Assembly: GCF_035084215.1 (NCBI RefSeq)
Contig: NC_090363.1
Coordinates: forward strand, 12,214,001-12,278,000
Reading direction: 5' to 3'
DNA length: 64,000 bases
Origin: Heptranchias perlo
Lineage: Eukaryota
Shown here: positions 1 to 13,700 of the stretch, piece by piece
How positions within the stretch are numbered: position 1 is the stretch's first letter
How the letters are laid out: every line of letters begins with the position of its first letter
Notes under the pieces: generated by a model
Told to the model about the DNA's origin: nothing
Databases searched by the model: none
What the model saw: only the letters and a program-made list of their open reading frames with translations
Translations under genes and position numbers: made by a program

Positions 1-308
1 ATAAAACAGCGTGTAAAATGGGCGGATAATTTGATAACCCCTGTTTCATATCATCACCCAAAGTTAAAATTGCCCCCAATGATTCTATGCGATCCTTTTG
101 AGACACAGGTCTGAATCCACAGGGATTTCCAGTTTTAGTTTGATATTTGAATGCTTCGCAGCAACTTTCATCCTGAAGCCAGAAGCAATGCTGGGATATA
201 TCGGATCATTGGTAGCAATTTGCTATTTAAGGAGCGAGTGAAGATGTTTCAGGGAGCAAAGTTATTTGCAGGTACCGCACGGAAAACTTGTTTTGACTTT
301 TCCAGAAG

Positions 309-2765
309 AACATAAGACATAAGAACATAAGAAATTGGAGCAGGAGTAGGCCAATCGGCCCCTCGAGCCTGCTCCGCCATTCAATAAGATCATGGCTGAT
401 CTGATCCCAACCACAAATCTAAAGAACACAAGAAGTAGGAGCAGGACCCGGCCACACAGCCCCTGGGCCCTCTCCGCCACCCACAGGGCATTGACCGATC
501 CGAACTCAGCTTCATGTCCAATTTCCTGCCCGCTCCCCATAACCCCTAATTCCCTTTACTTCGAGAAAACTGTCTATTTCTGTTTTAAATTTATCTAATG
601 ATGTAGCTTCCACAGCTTCCTGGGGCAGCAAATTCCACAGACCTACCACCCTCTGAGTGAAGAAGTTTCTCCTCATCTCAGTTTTGAAAGAGCAGCCCCT
701 TATTCTAAGATTATGCCCCCTAGTTCTAGTTTCACCCATCTTTGGGAACATCCTTACTGCATCCACCCGATCAAGCCCCTTCACAATCTTATATGTTTCA
801 ATAAGATAGCCTCTCATTCTTCTGAACTCCAATGAGTAGAGTCCCAATCTACTCAACCTCTCCTCATATGTCCGCCCCCTCATCCCCGGGATTAACCGAG
901 TGAACCTTCTTTGTACTGCCTCGAGAGCAAGTATGTCTTTTCTTAAGTATGGAGACCAAAACTGTATGCAGTATTCCAGGTGCGGTCTCACCAATACCCT
1001 ATATAACTGCAGCAATACCTCCCTGTTTTTATATTCTATCCCCCTAGCAATAAAAGCCAACATTCCGTTGGCTTTCTTGATCACCTGCTGCACCTGCATA
1101 CCAACTTTTTGATTTTCGTGCACTAGGACCCCCAGATCCCTTTGTACTGCAGTACTTTCCAGTCTCTCGCCATTAAGAAAATAACTTGCTCTCTGATTTT
1201 TCCTGCCAAAGTGCATAACCTCACATTTTCCAATATTATATTGCATCTGCCAAATCTCCGCCCACTCACCCAGCCTGTCTATATCCCCCTGCAGGTTTTT
1301 TATGTCCTCCTCACTCTCTACTTTCCCTCCCATCTTTGTATCATCTGCAAATTTTGATATGTTGCACTCGGTCCCCTCCTCCAAATCGTTAATATAGATT
1401 GTAAAGAGTTGGGGACCCAGCACCGATCCCTGTGGAACACCACTGGTTACTGGTTGCCAGTCCAAAAATGAACCATTTATCCCAACTCTCTGCTTCCTGT
1501 TCGATAACCAATCCTCCACCCATGCCAGAATGTTACCCCCAATCCTGTGATTTTTTATCTTAAGTAATAATCTTTTATGTGGCACCTTGTCGAATGCCTT
1601 CTGGAAGTCTAAATACACTATGTCCACTGGTTCCCCTTTATCCACCCTGTACGTTATATCCTCAAAGAACTCAAGCAAATTTGTCAGACATGACTTCCCC
1701 TTCATAAAGCCATGCTGACTTTGTCCTATTAAATTATGCTTATCTAAATGTTCCGTTACTGTCTCCTTAATAATAGACTCCAAAATTTTACCCACCACAG
1801 ATGTTAAGCTAACTGGCCTATAATTTCCAGCCTTCTGCCTACTACCCTTTTTAAATAACGGTGTTACATTAGCAGTTTTCCAATCTGCCGGGACCTCTCC
1901 TGAGTCCAGGGAATTTTGGAAAACTATCACCAAAGCATCCACAATCCCTACTGCCACTTCCCTCAAGACCCTAGGATAGAAGCCATCAGGTCCAGGGGAT
2001 TTATCCGCTTTGAGTCCCATTATTTTACTGAGTACCATCTCCTGAGTGATTTTAATCGTATTTAGCTCCTCCCCCCGTAGAGTCCCCTGTTTGTCCAGTG
2101 TTGGGATATTCTTAGTGTCCTCTACTGTAAAGACTGAAACAAAATATTTCTTCAGCATTTTTGCCATCTCCATGTTTCCCACCATTAATTTCCCGGTCTC
2201 ATCCTCTACGGGACCTACGTTTGCCTTAGCCACCCTTTTTCTTTTTATATAACTATAGAAACTCTTGCTATCTGTTTTTATATTTTTTGCTAATTTCTTT
2301 TCATAATCTAACTTCCCTTTCTTAATCAATCCTTTAGTTAATTTTTGCTGTCTTTTGAAGAATTCCCAATCTTCTATCCTCCCACTAAGTTTGGCTACCT
2401 TATATGTCCTTGTTTTTAGTCGGATACTATCCTTGATTTCTTTACTTAGCCACGGATGGCTGTCATTTCTTTTACACCCTTTTTTCCTCAGTGGAATATA
2501 TTTATTTTGAAAGTTGTAAAATAACTCCCTAAATGAACACCACTGCTCATGTACCGTCTTACCCTTTAATCTATTTTCCCAGTCCACTTTAATCAATTCC
2601 GCTCTCATACCATCATAGTCTCCTTTATTCAAGCTCAGTACGCTTGTTTGAGAATCAACCTTCTCACCCTCTAATTGGATATGGAATTTAACCATGTTGT
2701 GGTCGCTCGTTCCAAGGGGATCCTTAACTAGGACATTATTAATTAATCCTGACTCATTACACAGA
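309..2765 (-). mobile_element. Young 5'-truncated CR1 LINE with uninterrupted ORF2 (end of APE domain + RT)
   Basis: ORF 512-~2765 with SDHN, KSPGPDG, NYRPVSLT, QHGF, LDFQKAFD, GVPQGSVLGP, FADD; 3' tail (TTCTTATG)n at ~309-332. Confidence 0.95.
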
Positions 2766-3721
2766 ATAGTAAAGCTTGGAAGAATTCTACATATATTCTG
2801 TGTGTCGAATATTGTGCATTTATCTGTTTGATGTTTAAGGAAATAGTCTGTTGACTTATAACCTGGCGGCAGGGCCATGTGAGCTATTCCAGTAACTCCC
2901 AGAATAGTTACACGGGTTCTCTGCTTAATTCTTGAGTTTGACTGCATTTACCTAAATATCGCGCTGGTTAAAGCACACTCTTGGAGGACATGAGGTTCGC
3001 TTAGGGGAATGGTAGCTGAGGCCGAACCCAAAAGTTTTTCAGGGTATAGCCCCCAAAAGGTAATTGTCACATCATTTACTGTAGAGTACATCGAATGTGA
3101 ACCTGTTATCCATTGGTTGTTCATTTCGACTGTAATTAACTGTTGTTAATTCTCTCAGCGTGCTAAGCTTAACGAAATTATCAACTCGTTCGGAAATACC
3201 GCATTCACCATTTTGCCGAGGTAGCGCAGAGAGGAAATCTTCCCTGATTTAAGATAGGAAATCGAAGCAGTGTCAGTTATGTGCAATGGACTGGCCCACG
3301 TGCATTATAAAATGAAGTGATTGCACGATTAATTTCCCACTTCACGGAGCTCTGCGCTTTGAGGTTTGCTCTAATGTCTGTAACCCGTCCCCAGCAGAGT
3401 GACTCGCATTTCTTGCAATGGTTACATTTTCCTACAGTAGGATTGTCGCTTCTCACTGACCCTTGATGACTGCACCGGGGGAAAATAGAACTGAATGGAC
3501 ACGGTTCCTCTTTTCTGCACTCTGTCAAATTCGGAACGGGCAGTTGCCAAGGCACCCCATATAACATACATAATCGCGGGGAATTCCAGTGCAACTGCAG
3601 AGGCCCAATCACAGATCCTCAGTGCGGCAACTGTAACTCATCCAATGAAATACTGTCTTTAAGTTCAACACTATTCTTTGGAGCACTTCGCGCTGAAGTC
3701 ATCACTTGGACTTTACTTCTT

Positions 3722-4415
3722 CATAGAATCATAGAATCTTACAGCGCAGAAGGAGGCCCTTCGGCCCATCGCTCCTGCGCCGGCTCTTTGAAAGAGCTAT
3801 CCAATTACTCCCACTTCCCCCTGCTCTTTCCCTGTAATCCTGCAAATTTGTATGTATCGAATTCCATTTTGATAGTTACGATAAATGTAGTTCCATCACC
3901 CTTTCAGGCGGTGCATTCCAGATCATAATAACTTGCTGCATAAAAAAAAATTATCCTCATTTCAATCCTCTGATTCTTTTTGCCAATTATCTTAAATCTG
4001 TGTCCTCTGGTTACCGACCCTCTGGCCACTGGGAACAGTTTCGCCCTATCTACTTTACCAAAACACTTCATAATTTTGAGCACCTCAAGTAATTCTCCCC
4101 TTAGCCTTCTCTGCTCTAAGGAGAACGATCCCAGCTTCTCCAGTCTCTCCACATAACTGAAGTCCCATATCTCTTGTAGCATTCTAGTAGATCTCCTCTG
4201 CACCCGCTCTGCAGCCTCCCGAAAGAGTGGTGCCTGGAATTGGACACAATACTCCAGCTGAGGCCTAACCAGTGAGTCATAAGAGCTTGGCATAACTTCC
4301 TTGTGTTTGTACTCAATGCCTCTATTTACAAAGCCCAGTATCCGTATGTTTTTTTAAAAGCCTGATCAACTTGTCCTGCCACCTTCAGAGATTTGTGTAC
4401 ATGGATCCCCAGGTC
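3722..4415 (-). mobile_element. CR1 LINE 3' fragment (degraded)
   Basis: RPQLEYCVQF, LEQRRLRG; (TTCTATGA)n tail. Confidence 0.9.
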
Positions 4416-4608
4416 TTCAATGGACAATATCTAAGCAGTATATAAATATGAATGGATTTTCCTCAATCATACATGCATCAACTTGAGGCAATTTATGCTT
4501 TAAAGCCTGCTGTCGACTTCTATAACTTTCCCTAATTCTTTATTTGCACATATTACTTTACTTTTAACTATATCCGAATCTGCATCTATTTTTGCTCGCT
4601 TGGCTTAC

Positions 4609-4735
4609 CATCCCGAACTACTGAGGTGTCGACATTCGAAATAAAAGTCAGTCCAGCATCCATGAAAACATTAACGCTGTTAGCACCACCTCCAAAACTG
4701 CACCCAAGATCGTACGAATTCATCTCTTCAAAGAC
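4609..4735 (-). CDS. C4: C4 exon 15 (VFEEMNSYDLGCSFGGGANSVNVFMDAGLTFISNVDTSVVRD)
   Basis: Acceptor tgtctag, donor GTAAGC; 127 nt; DLGC..GGG linker motif. Confidence 0.93.
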
Positions 4736-7700
4736 CTAGACAAAGAAACATGCACAGTTTGCATAAAAGTAACGAAAAAGGACGGTTAGTTTTATTATAA
4801 GAAACAGAAACACAAATTAGTTTTTATTCTGAGACATACCTAAAGTTTTCTATGGACCATTCTCGGGCATCTAAATGAAATGCACCTTCTCTGTATAAAA
4901 AGTCATACGTTGGAGCAACCATGTTTCACTATTATGTTGCTATGTGGGAATTAGATAGATTGCTTTCAGAAAGTAACATTATGGGATAGAGTGTGTGAGT
5001 AATTTGAGACATGAGGAGGTTGAAATTGGACGCACCCAGGGACACAACACTGGCAGAATCACATTTGACGACTCTTGGTCAACGGAACTGCATATCGGAT
5101 GGAATGTATAATGGGCAGCAGATTCAATTCTGCCTGGTTTGCATCCCGTCTCATGTCCAAATTTAACCCCCGATGCATTGCAGGCTTGGAAGGTACAGGT
5201 GACTTTGAGCCTATGGTTCCCAAAGCTCTCCACCATTGGGGGTTTTCCTCGCCTCATGTCTGGGTCTGTTGTAAACTGTTTGATACAGATTGATTGCTAT
5301 GATTAGTCAACAACTCCATTATCATTGTATCATGCGACTATCAGGATGGTAAAAGACCAACTAGGTGGACATTGGTCTTTTTTTCGTCGAGCAATTCCAT
5401 TGTGCTGCTTTAGTTAATCTCAATGGGGAAATTGAATAAAGTGGCCGTTTTCAGTTCCAATGGCCTGGGGTCGGAGACAATCAGGATTTCAGAAGCTGCC
5501 CCGTGACCCATGATGGGTGTGGCATCGGTGTGGATGACCCATGGGGAATGAATCAGGATCATCTGTGATGCCTCTCAGCGCACACGGTATAACAGCCTTG
5601 AAACACCAACCCCACTGGGTTCACCTGTTAATCGGATGGTCGTTTTGACCCGATTGCCCCAGCATTGCTCCCTCAGTCCAGCTGTGCCCTTGTATCAGAC
5701 GCCGGCTCTGAGAAAGAAGGGAGCACATCTGGGAGGAAAGTGTCATGGGACACACCCCATAAACAGCAGTAGAATTTCCCCGTCAGCCCAATATAGGACG
5801 ATTTAAATTCATGTCGCCAAGCGAGAGGATGTGATCCCTAGACTACAGTGTATCTGAAACAAAAACTTAAGGAGATTAGTTTTCAAGTCCTGCCAAATCA
5901 CCACCTGTAAATCACTTACTTTATTGGGCGTAAGTTTATTCTTTTTGTTGAGGATATAAATTGCTGTATCCACCACAGCGATATACACACATCCGGAGTC
6001 TTCTGTCTCAACCCACAGTTTTGTTGTACTTCCTGGGGTATACTCCTTCGGCATGTCTTTGATTGTAATCTGGAGAAACATCAAAATGCAAGTGGAAATC
6101 AAGTAGTGAATTGTACGATTTTCCGGAATATGATGCGACTGTTTATTGACTGGCGATACCCAACTTGTCAACACTATCGTCTGAATATTAAGCGCTGCAA
6201 TTTTATAGGGACACTGACAGGATCGGGGGCGATGCTTGATTTACACCCTGTCCGATTCTACTCTCCACTGAAGTCAGGGGAGAATAATATTGGACGGAGT
6301 ATAAAACCAGCGTTCCATCTGATTCCGTGGGTTTACCGCCCAGTGAGTTAGGTTAAAATTACACCCTAAGAGAATACGTACCGACAATGGTTGATGCAGA
6401 GGTGCATGACAACCCATAAAAAAGAGTGTGTTAAGTGTTAAGAAACAATGATGAGAAATTAAGGTTTTGTTATTGGCTGATTTTGGGATATAAATGGGCA
6501 GAATTGTCCAAGGCGCCATGACACTGAGGGGGCCTCTCATGCAATGGGTGGCTTGTCAGAAAATCAGAGTGAGCTACTGTGCTGTTCCCGGAACACAAGT
6601 GATTGATGCGTGGAGTGAAACACCCTACTGGCATAGGGGTGCCTAGCAAAATGCCACCCTTTGCCACCTAGTTACCATCAATGGCAGGAGTCACTCTTGA
6701 TGCAGATCCTTTTTTGAAAGGGATGCCCAATTGGATAGGCCTATTGAAGACTACCACCACCCCTCCTCCATCGCCCTCCCCCTCCCGCCTCTTATATATG
6801 GGTCGCAGCTTTACAGAATAAAATCTTTGCTTACTATCTCGTCTCCTCTGTTGGAGGACAAATGCAACACGTGGACAGAAAGCAAAATCGCTTGTTACTG
6901 TAAGTGCCATTATAGTGCAGCACCAACCCTATGGCCATGAGCACTTCTCTTTGTACAGGATGGTTGAGCTGAGGGTCACATCACTGATGATCCAGATCTT
7001 CTGGACGGCACGAGCGCGAGGCAGTTTTGGTCCATCAATTTAATCACGCGCCCGTGAGGTAAATGGACATTGTTTCCATGTTTTCCTGTTTTATTTCTCA
7101 GCCTTGTGCATGAAGAAGACTTACATAGAAACATAGAAAATAGGAGCAAGAGTAGGCCAGTCGGCCCTTTGAGTCTGCTCCGCCATTCAATATGACCATG
7201 GCTGATTCTCTATCTCAAAACCATATTCCTGCTCTCTCCCCACACCCCTTGATGCATTTGTGTCTAGAAATCTATCTAGCTCCTTCTTAAATATATTCAG
7301 TGACTTGGCCTCCACAGCCTTCTGTGGTAGAGAATTCCACGGGTTCACCACCCTCTGAGTGAAGAAATTTCTCCTCATCTGAATTCCAAAGGTCCTACCC
7401 CGTATCCTGAGACTGTGACCCCTCATTCTGGGCCCTCCAGCCAGGGGGAACATCCTCCCTGCATCCAGTCTGTCTAGCCCTGTCAGAAATTGGGTGAAAT
7501 TGGACATGGTGCAGTGGGGGGGGGGGGGGGGAGGGGGGTGATGGATGTAGCACAGGTGGAATCGCATTTGTCGCCTGTTATATCACACGACCACTATTCA
7601 GTTCTATTCAAGTAAATGAAACTGAATATGGTGCGGGGTGTAAAACAGGCCACCAATGCAATCCCGTCTGTCTTGTGTCCCCGCCCATGTCCAATTTTAA

Positions 7701-10700
7701 CCCCAACACCCCCCCCCCCCCCCACACACACACACACACAAATGATTTCTGCTGCAAATATTCAAACTGGCTTGGGCAACGGCTGGCGTTGAGGTCTCTC
7801 TCTCAGGAAAATAGTTCGGCAGAGTTCTCCCAATGTGCCGCATAACCTCTGACGGAAGACGGGCGCAGCCTTACAGAAACCATATAAACAGTCGTTTACA
7901 CCATTTCTTCAGGGTTTCCATTCATCTCCACCCAATGTAAGGGAGAACCGCCCTGGAAATGCCAGGTGATTCAACGAGGGAAGCTATAAGGAATTCAAAA
8001 CAGAAACAAGTGGAGGGATGCACCAGTACACTATCCATTGAAAGCTGTTTGCCATTAAAAAAGAAAACTTTTTAGCTATTCCTGAGTGCTATTCCCAGCA
8101 GTAGGAGACTCATACAGGCACATACGGCTGCAAATAAACCAGGCTCTGAAATTCCATTGGGGTTCTTCCCATCTTCAGTGATAACTTCAGCCAAAACATT
8201 GAAAGAAACCTTGCAAAGGGTTAACGGGAGAACCCCCGGGGAATTTCAGAGCTGATTATTTCCCTGCTTTCAGCCGCTATTGCTGCCTGGGTCTGTTGAG
8301 GCACAATCAAGATTCCCAGAAGACAAGCGTAAGATTAAGCCTTTTACATGATGTTTTTCTAGTATATAAAACTTATGTTTAGATTAGGTGTTTTTAACAA
8401 TTCAAACATATGAACCACTCACTTTTGGGTTAGGCATTCTGATATACTTAACTAGCTCCACACTTATAGAAATTAGATTAAAACATAAACAGGCAAAGAG
8501 ACAGAAATAATCAAATTCAACTTGGCGTTGGGAGAGTTTGGACGCTGATAAGGGAGGCCTACACATTCCATAGTCTGGAACAAGTGAGATAAAAGACAGG
8601 CAGCTGTGAACAACAATGTGTGTGACAAGACCACTTAGAATGTGGCTTTAGAGAGCTTATGCTTGTAAATGTATAGGGCATGGAGCCATGACGTTACTGC
8701 CCTCGACCTGTGGAAAGAACGGGGTAATTGTCATTTCCTTTTTTGTATGCTGTTGCTCAAACATTGTGTATACTAAGACAAATGTTAAGACTTGTTGTCA
8801 CTCAATAAATGGACTAGTTGCAACCATATTTGGTGTCAGATTTGAATTTTCTTTCACAAGGAACAGTGAAAAACAGGAACACATACGGAATAAAAATTCT
8901 TCAGCATGGATACAATTGGTGATGGCAGTTTTCCGAGGGAAGAAATTGAAAAGAAGGCACGTTTGACTTCTAACATGTTCCACCAATCAATCAGGTATAA
9001 GGAGAAAATATCTGCATAGTCACATGAATCATTTCTCAATTTAATATTTCAGCATAAATTAGACAAGTCTGATGTTTTGTGTCAGCGTGTACTTTTCTCA
9101 CTTTTCCACCAATAATCTTTCCCACTACTTCATCTCGCTTCAGGACATTAGCATAAGCAGGCAACATCTACCAAACTTGCTGGGATTTTACTTTAGATTT
9201 TGAGTAAAATTAGTCCTGGAAGTCACTTTTGGCTAAGCTAATTGTTTATCAAAAGCAGTGGTGAAAATTTGTTCTTTTTCCAGAGTGTGGTTGTTCCTCT
9301 AATATATATTGCAGAAAAAGTCTCATTATCTATAATATTCTGATAACAGTTAAGAATATTCCTACCTTTCCTTCACAAACATCCTTAACATCAATCCACG
9401 CTGAATTTGCCACCATTTCGGTTTTGCCTCCAATGGTTATGTAATAGTAGAGCACAAGGCGGAACGTTGGAACCATGGCGATGGTCAGCGGGAAACTAAG
9501 TTTTGTCAATTCCGTTTTCAAAATTCTATCCATTTGTAGCACTTTGCCTTTGCTTATAATCTGCAGAAACAGGTACTCCAATGTCAGAATCGACACAAAC
9601 AACAATACGATAAAATATATAAAGTAAGACGGCCTGTGCATGTGTGCGGGTGTGCATCCATGTGTGTCTGCATGCGTGCGTGTGCCTGTGTGTCCATGCA
9701 CATGCATGTGTGCACGTGTATTTGTGTACGTGTGTGTGTACATGTGCGTGTATGTGTAGATGTGTGCATGTATGTGTATACGTGTGCGTGTATGTGTGTA
9801 CATGTGAGTGTGTGTGCCCGTGTGGATGGCCCCAAATACAGAAAGGCGCAATAAAAATGCAAGTTCTTTCCTTCTTTCTATTACTATTCATTTCATATTT
9901 GTACATAAATTGAGCTTCGATGTAATCATGGCATAACGATGTACGAACCAGATAATTATAGTATTTGACATCCCCGCTGCCTGTAGGAGTGACAGCCTTT
10001 ATATCCGCAGAAAATAAGCTATCTGGATCGAATACGCGGTTTGGTACATTAAGATGGAGGTAGCTCTCGCTCTTGGATTGGTAGAGATGGACAGTTTTCT
10101 TTGCTTCACTGATTTCTCTTCCAGGGGCCCCATCTCCAGCTGTCACCTGACAGACGAAGACAAACACAGATTAATGCAAGTTTTATGCAAAGAGTGATTA
10201 TATTTAGCCTATCCCATCCCATGTATTGACATTTCTTTATGAAGAAATTGGCTGAGAAACTTTTCAATGATTTGGTTAAAGGTCAAAGCATTGTGGTTAT
10301 ACTGTGCCATAATAGCATTTAACGCTTAAAGTCGTCCTATGATATTCCTATGATAATTTAACTGTCCATTATCACTTTTAAATTTAACAGGATAATCCCT
10401 TTTTTAATATAGCAGGCAAAGTGATGTGATATGAAGGCGTTAAGAATTCCTCCTATCGGGAATGCATATACAAAGGTCTGCTTCCCTGCATCTAAAAACT
10501 TCTATCAACCTCCCAGGAAATTCAAGGTACCATGTGCGCATCTTTAAAATGTTGCCCCCCCCTCCCGTGGGTGGAGTTATGCCACAGGCTATCGAGAGTT
10601 CACGCACTACGAGAGTTCACGCACTACGAGACTATCTGCTATAAGTAGGCCCCACAAGTCTTGCTTGGATGCGTTGGGAGAGTTCAGCTTACTGACATGA

Positions 10701-13700
10701 TACCTGAGTTACACTGCTTTGGCCAACGCCGAAAATTGATTTGATGGAAAAGTGGTCTTATAAGGCCAACCTAGAATGTGCTAAATCAGTAGCACTAATA
10801 ATCCAATGATTGTAGGAACATAGTAACAGGAGCAGGCCATTCAGCCCCTCGAGCCTGTTCCGCCATTCAATGAGATCATGGCTGACCTGTATCCTAACTC
10901 AATTTATCAGCTTTGGCTCTATATCCCTTAATAACCTTGGCTAGCAAAAATCTATCAATCTCAGCTTTAAAATTATTCATTGAACTCGCATCTAATGCTT
11001 CTTGTGGGAGAGAGTTCCACACTTTTACCACTCTTTGTGCGAAGAAATGTTTCCTAACATCTCTCCTGAGTGGCTTCGCTCTGATTTTAAGGTTATATCC
11101 CAATGTCCTATACTTCCCCCACCAGCAGAAAAAGTTTATTTCTATTTACACCATCAATTCCTTTCAAAATCCTAAAAACCTCAATCAAATCACCCCTTAA
11201 CTTCCGACATTCTAGGGAATTCGAGCCTAATTTGTGCAATCTCGCCTCATAATTTAACCCTTGGAATCCTGGTAACATTCTGGTGAATCTGCGCTGCACT
11301 CCTTCCAAGGCCAATATATCCTTTCTAAGGTGCGATGCCCAGAACTGTACAAAGTACTCCATAGAACTATAGCACCATAGAAAGGATACAGGACAGAAGG
11401 GGGCCATTCAGCCCATCATGTACACACCGGCTCGAAGAACAACCAGGTGCCCATTCTAATCCCACCTTCCAGCACCCGGTCCGTAGCCCTGCAGCTTACA
11501 GCACTTTAGGTGCAGGTCCAGGTACTTTTTAAAAGAGTTGAGGGTCCCTGCCTCTACCACCAATTCGGGCAGTGAATTCCATACACCCAGCACCCCCTGG
11601 ATAAAAAAGTTTTTCCTCATGTCCCGCTAATCCTTCCGCCAATCAGCTTAAATCTATGTCCTCTAGCTCTTGAACTGTCCGCTAGAGGAAACAGGTACTT
11701 CCTGTCTACTCTATCTAGGCCCCTCATAATTTTATACACCTCAATCAAGTCTCCCCTCAGCCTCCTCTGCTCCAAGGAAAATAACCCCAGCCTATCCAAT
11801 CTCTCCTCGTAGCTGCAATTTTAAAGCCCTGGCCACATTCTTGTAAATCTTCTCTGCACTCTCTCCAGAGCAATTACGTCCTTCCAGTAATGTGGTGACC
11901 AGGACTGCGCACAATACTCCAGCTGTGGCCTTACCAGCGTTTATACAGTTCTATCATTACATCCCTGCTTTTGTATTCTATACCTCGGCTAATAACGGAG
12001 AGCATTCCGTATGTCTTCTTCACAACCTTATCTACCTGTACTGCCACCTTCATGGACCTGTGCACATACACTCCAAGGTCTCTCACTTCCTCTACCTCTC
12101 TCAATATATTCCCGTTTACTCCATATTCCCTTTTACTGTTTGCCCTCCCTAAGTGCATTACACAACACTTCTCCAGGTTGAACTCCATTTGCCACTTTTC
12201 TGCCCACTCCGCCAACCCATTGATATCTTCTTGGAGTCTAGAGCTATCCTCTTCACTATCAACTACATGGACAATTTTTGTGTTGTCTGCAAATTTGCCA
12301 ATCATGCCCCCTACATTCAAGTCCAAATCATTAATATATACCACAAACAGCAAGGGACCCAACACTGAGCCCTGTGGCACATCACTGGAAACGGATTTCC
12401 ATTCGCAAAGACATCCATCGACTTTTACCCTTTGTTTCCTGTTACTGAGCCAATTTTGGATCCAATTCGCCATATTTCCCTGTATCCCATGGGCTTTTAC
12501 CTTTCTGACTAGTCTGCCATGCGGGACCTTGTCAAATGCCTTACTAAAATCCATGTAGACAACATCTACTGCATCCAACATCCAGATGTGGTCTAACCAG
12601 GGCATGGGATAACTGTAGCAAAACCATCTCCCATTATGGTGCATTGTGTCTATTGATGATAATAGCAAAATATGACGCTAAAAATTATAGTGTGCGGCAG
12701 ATATATATTTCATACTCGGGATAAGGGCTTTGTCGGCAAGGCCGGGGTTTATTGCTCATCCCTAGTTGCCCCTTGAGAAAGTGCTGGTGAGTCTTCTTCT
12801 TGAACCGTTGCAGTCCGTGTGGCTAAGGTGTCCCCCCAGTGCAGTTAGGTAGCAGGTTCCAGGTTTTTGATCCAGGGAAGAAGAAGGAACGGTGATGTAT
12901 GTCCAAGTCAGGATAATGTGTGACTTGGAGGGGAACTTGGAGGTGATGGTGTTCTCAAGCACCTGCTGCCCTTATCCTTCTAGGTGGAGGAGCTTGCCTG
13001 TTTGGGAGGTGCTGCGCCAGAAGCCTTGTCGAGTTGCTGCAGTGCATCCTGTGGAAAGTACACACTGCAGCCACGGTATGAGTGGAGATTTAGGGTGGTG
13101 CCAAAGAAGCGGACTGTTTTATCCTGGATAACGTCAAGCATCTTGAGTGTTGTTGGACTGTGTTATAATGGTAATATACTTAGTATACTCATATCGAATT
13201 CCATTGTCTCTTCAATTTAAAGGCATAATTGCAGTAAGTAATCGATACAAAGGCCTTGAAATTATGCCGTGAGTTGGCAGAGATCAATGCTTAAAATATT
13301 GGCGTAAAATACCGAACTGGCCTATTTTACGGGGAGGGTTCATAGCTCCTTCTAAATCCCAGGAACTTCAGGCGAACGAGGTACAATTTGGTAAGCTAAT
13401 TTCTCACAGCTTAATTTCCATTCCAGTTAAATTTCATATCAAGGGTGTTAAGCGTTTGCACGGTAATACGACAGCACGCAATTCCAAGGCTGCACTTTGA
13501 AGGTTGCAAAATTAAGGATCTGCAGACATTTTGTGTCCTGTCCAAGCGATGGAGACAGTTAGAGTGCTAAGCAGGGGGACAAGAGCGGGGAAGTAACTAG
13601 AGAAACCTGTTCTGGTATGATTCACCTTGCCTTTGTTAAGCATGTGTCCATTGTAGCTTTGATGTCACAAAACAATTTCTCGTGTTTTCTTCTATTCTAA

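Noticed and set aside
2766-2947. N-terminal ~60 aa of the 811-aa ORF as a novel RT fusion protein
   Set aside because: This is intronic flank that happens to be open and in frame with the 5'-truncated CR1; it has no domain features.
2770-3720. Possible C4 exon 16 (beta-alpha tetrabasic junction), including the Cys-rich ORF 3277-3612
   Set aside because: No RxxR junction or anaphylatoxin-like sequence found; exon 16 onward is probably left of the window.
9526-9948. His/Thr-rich read-through extension of C4 exon 12
   Set aside because: It is the (CA)n microsatellite. Splicing at the GTTCGT donor to exon 13 restores the conserved YYNYL-IISKGK junction.
10593-10631. 17-bp direct duplication CGAGAGTTCACGCACTA x2
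   Set aside because: Simple local slippage duplication with no associated structure.
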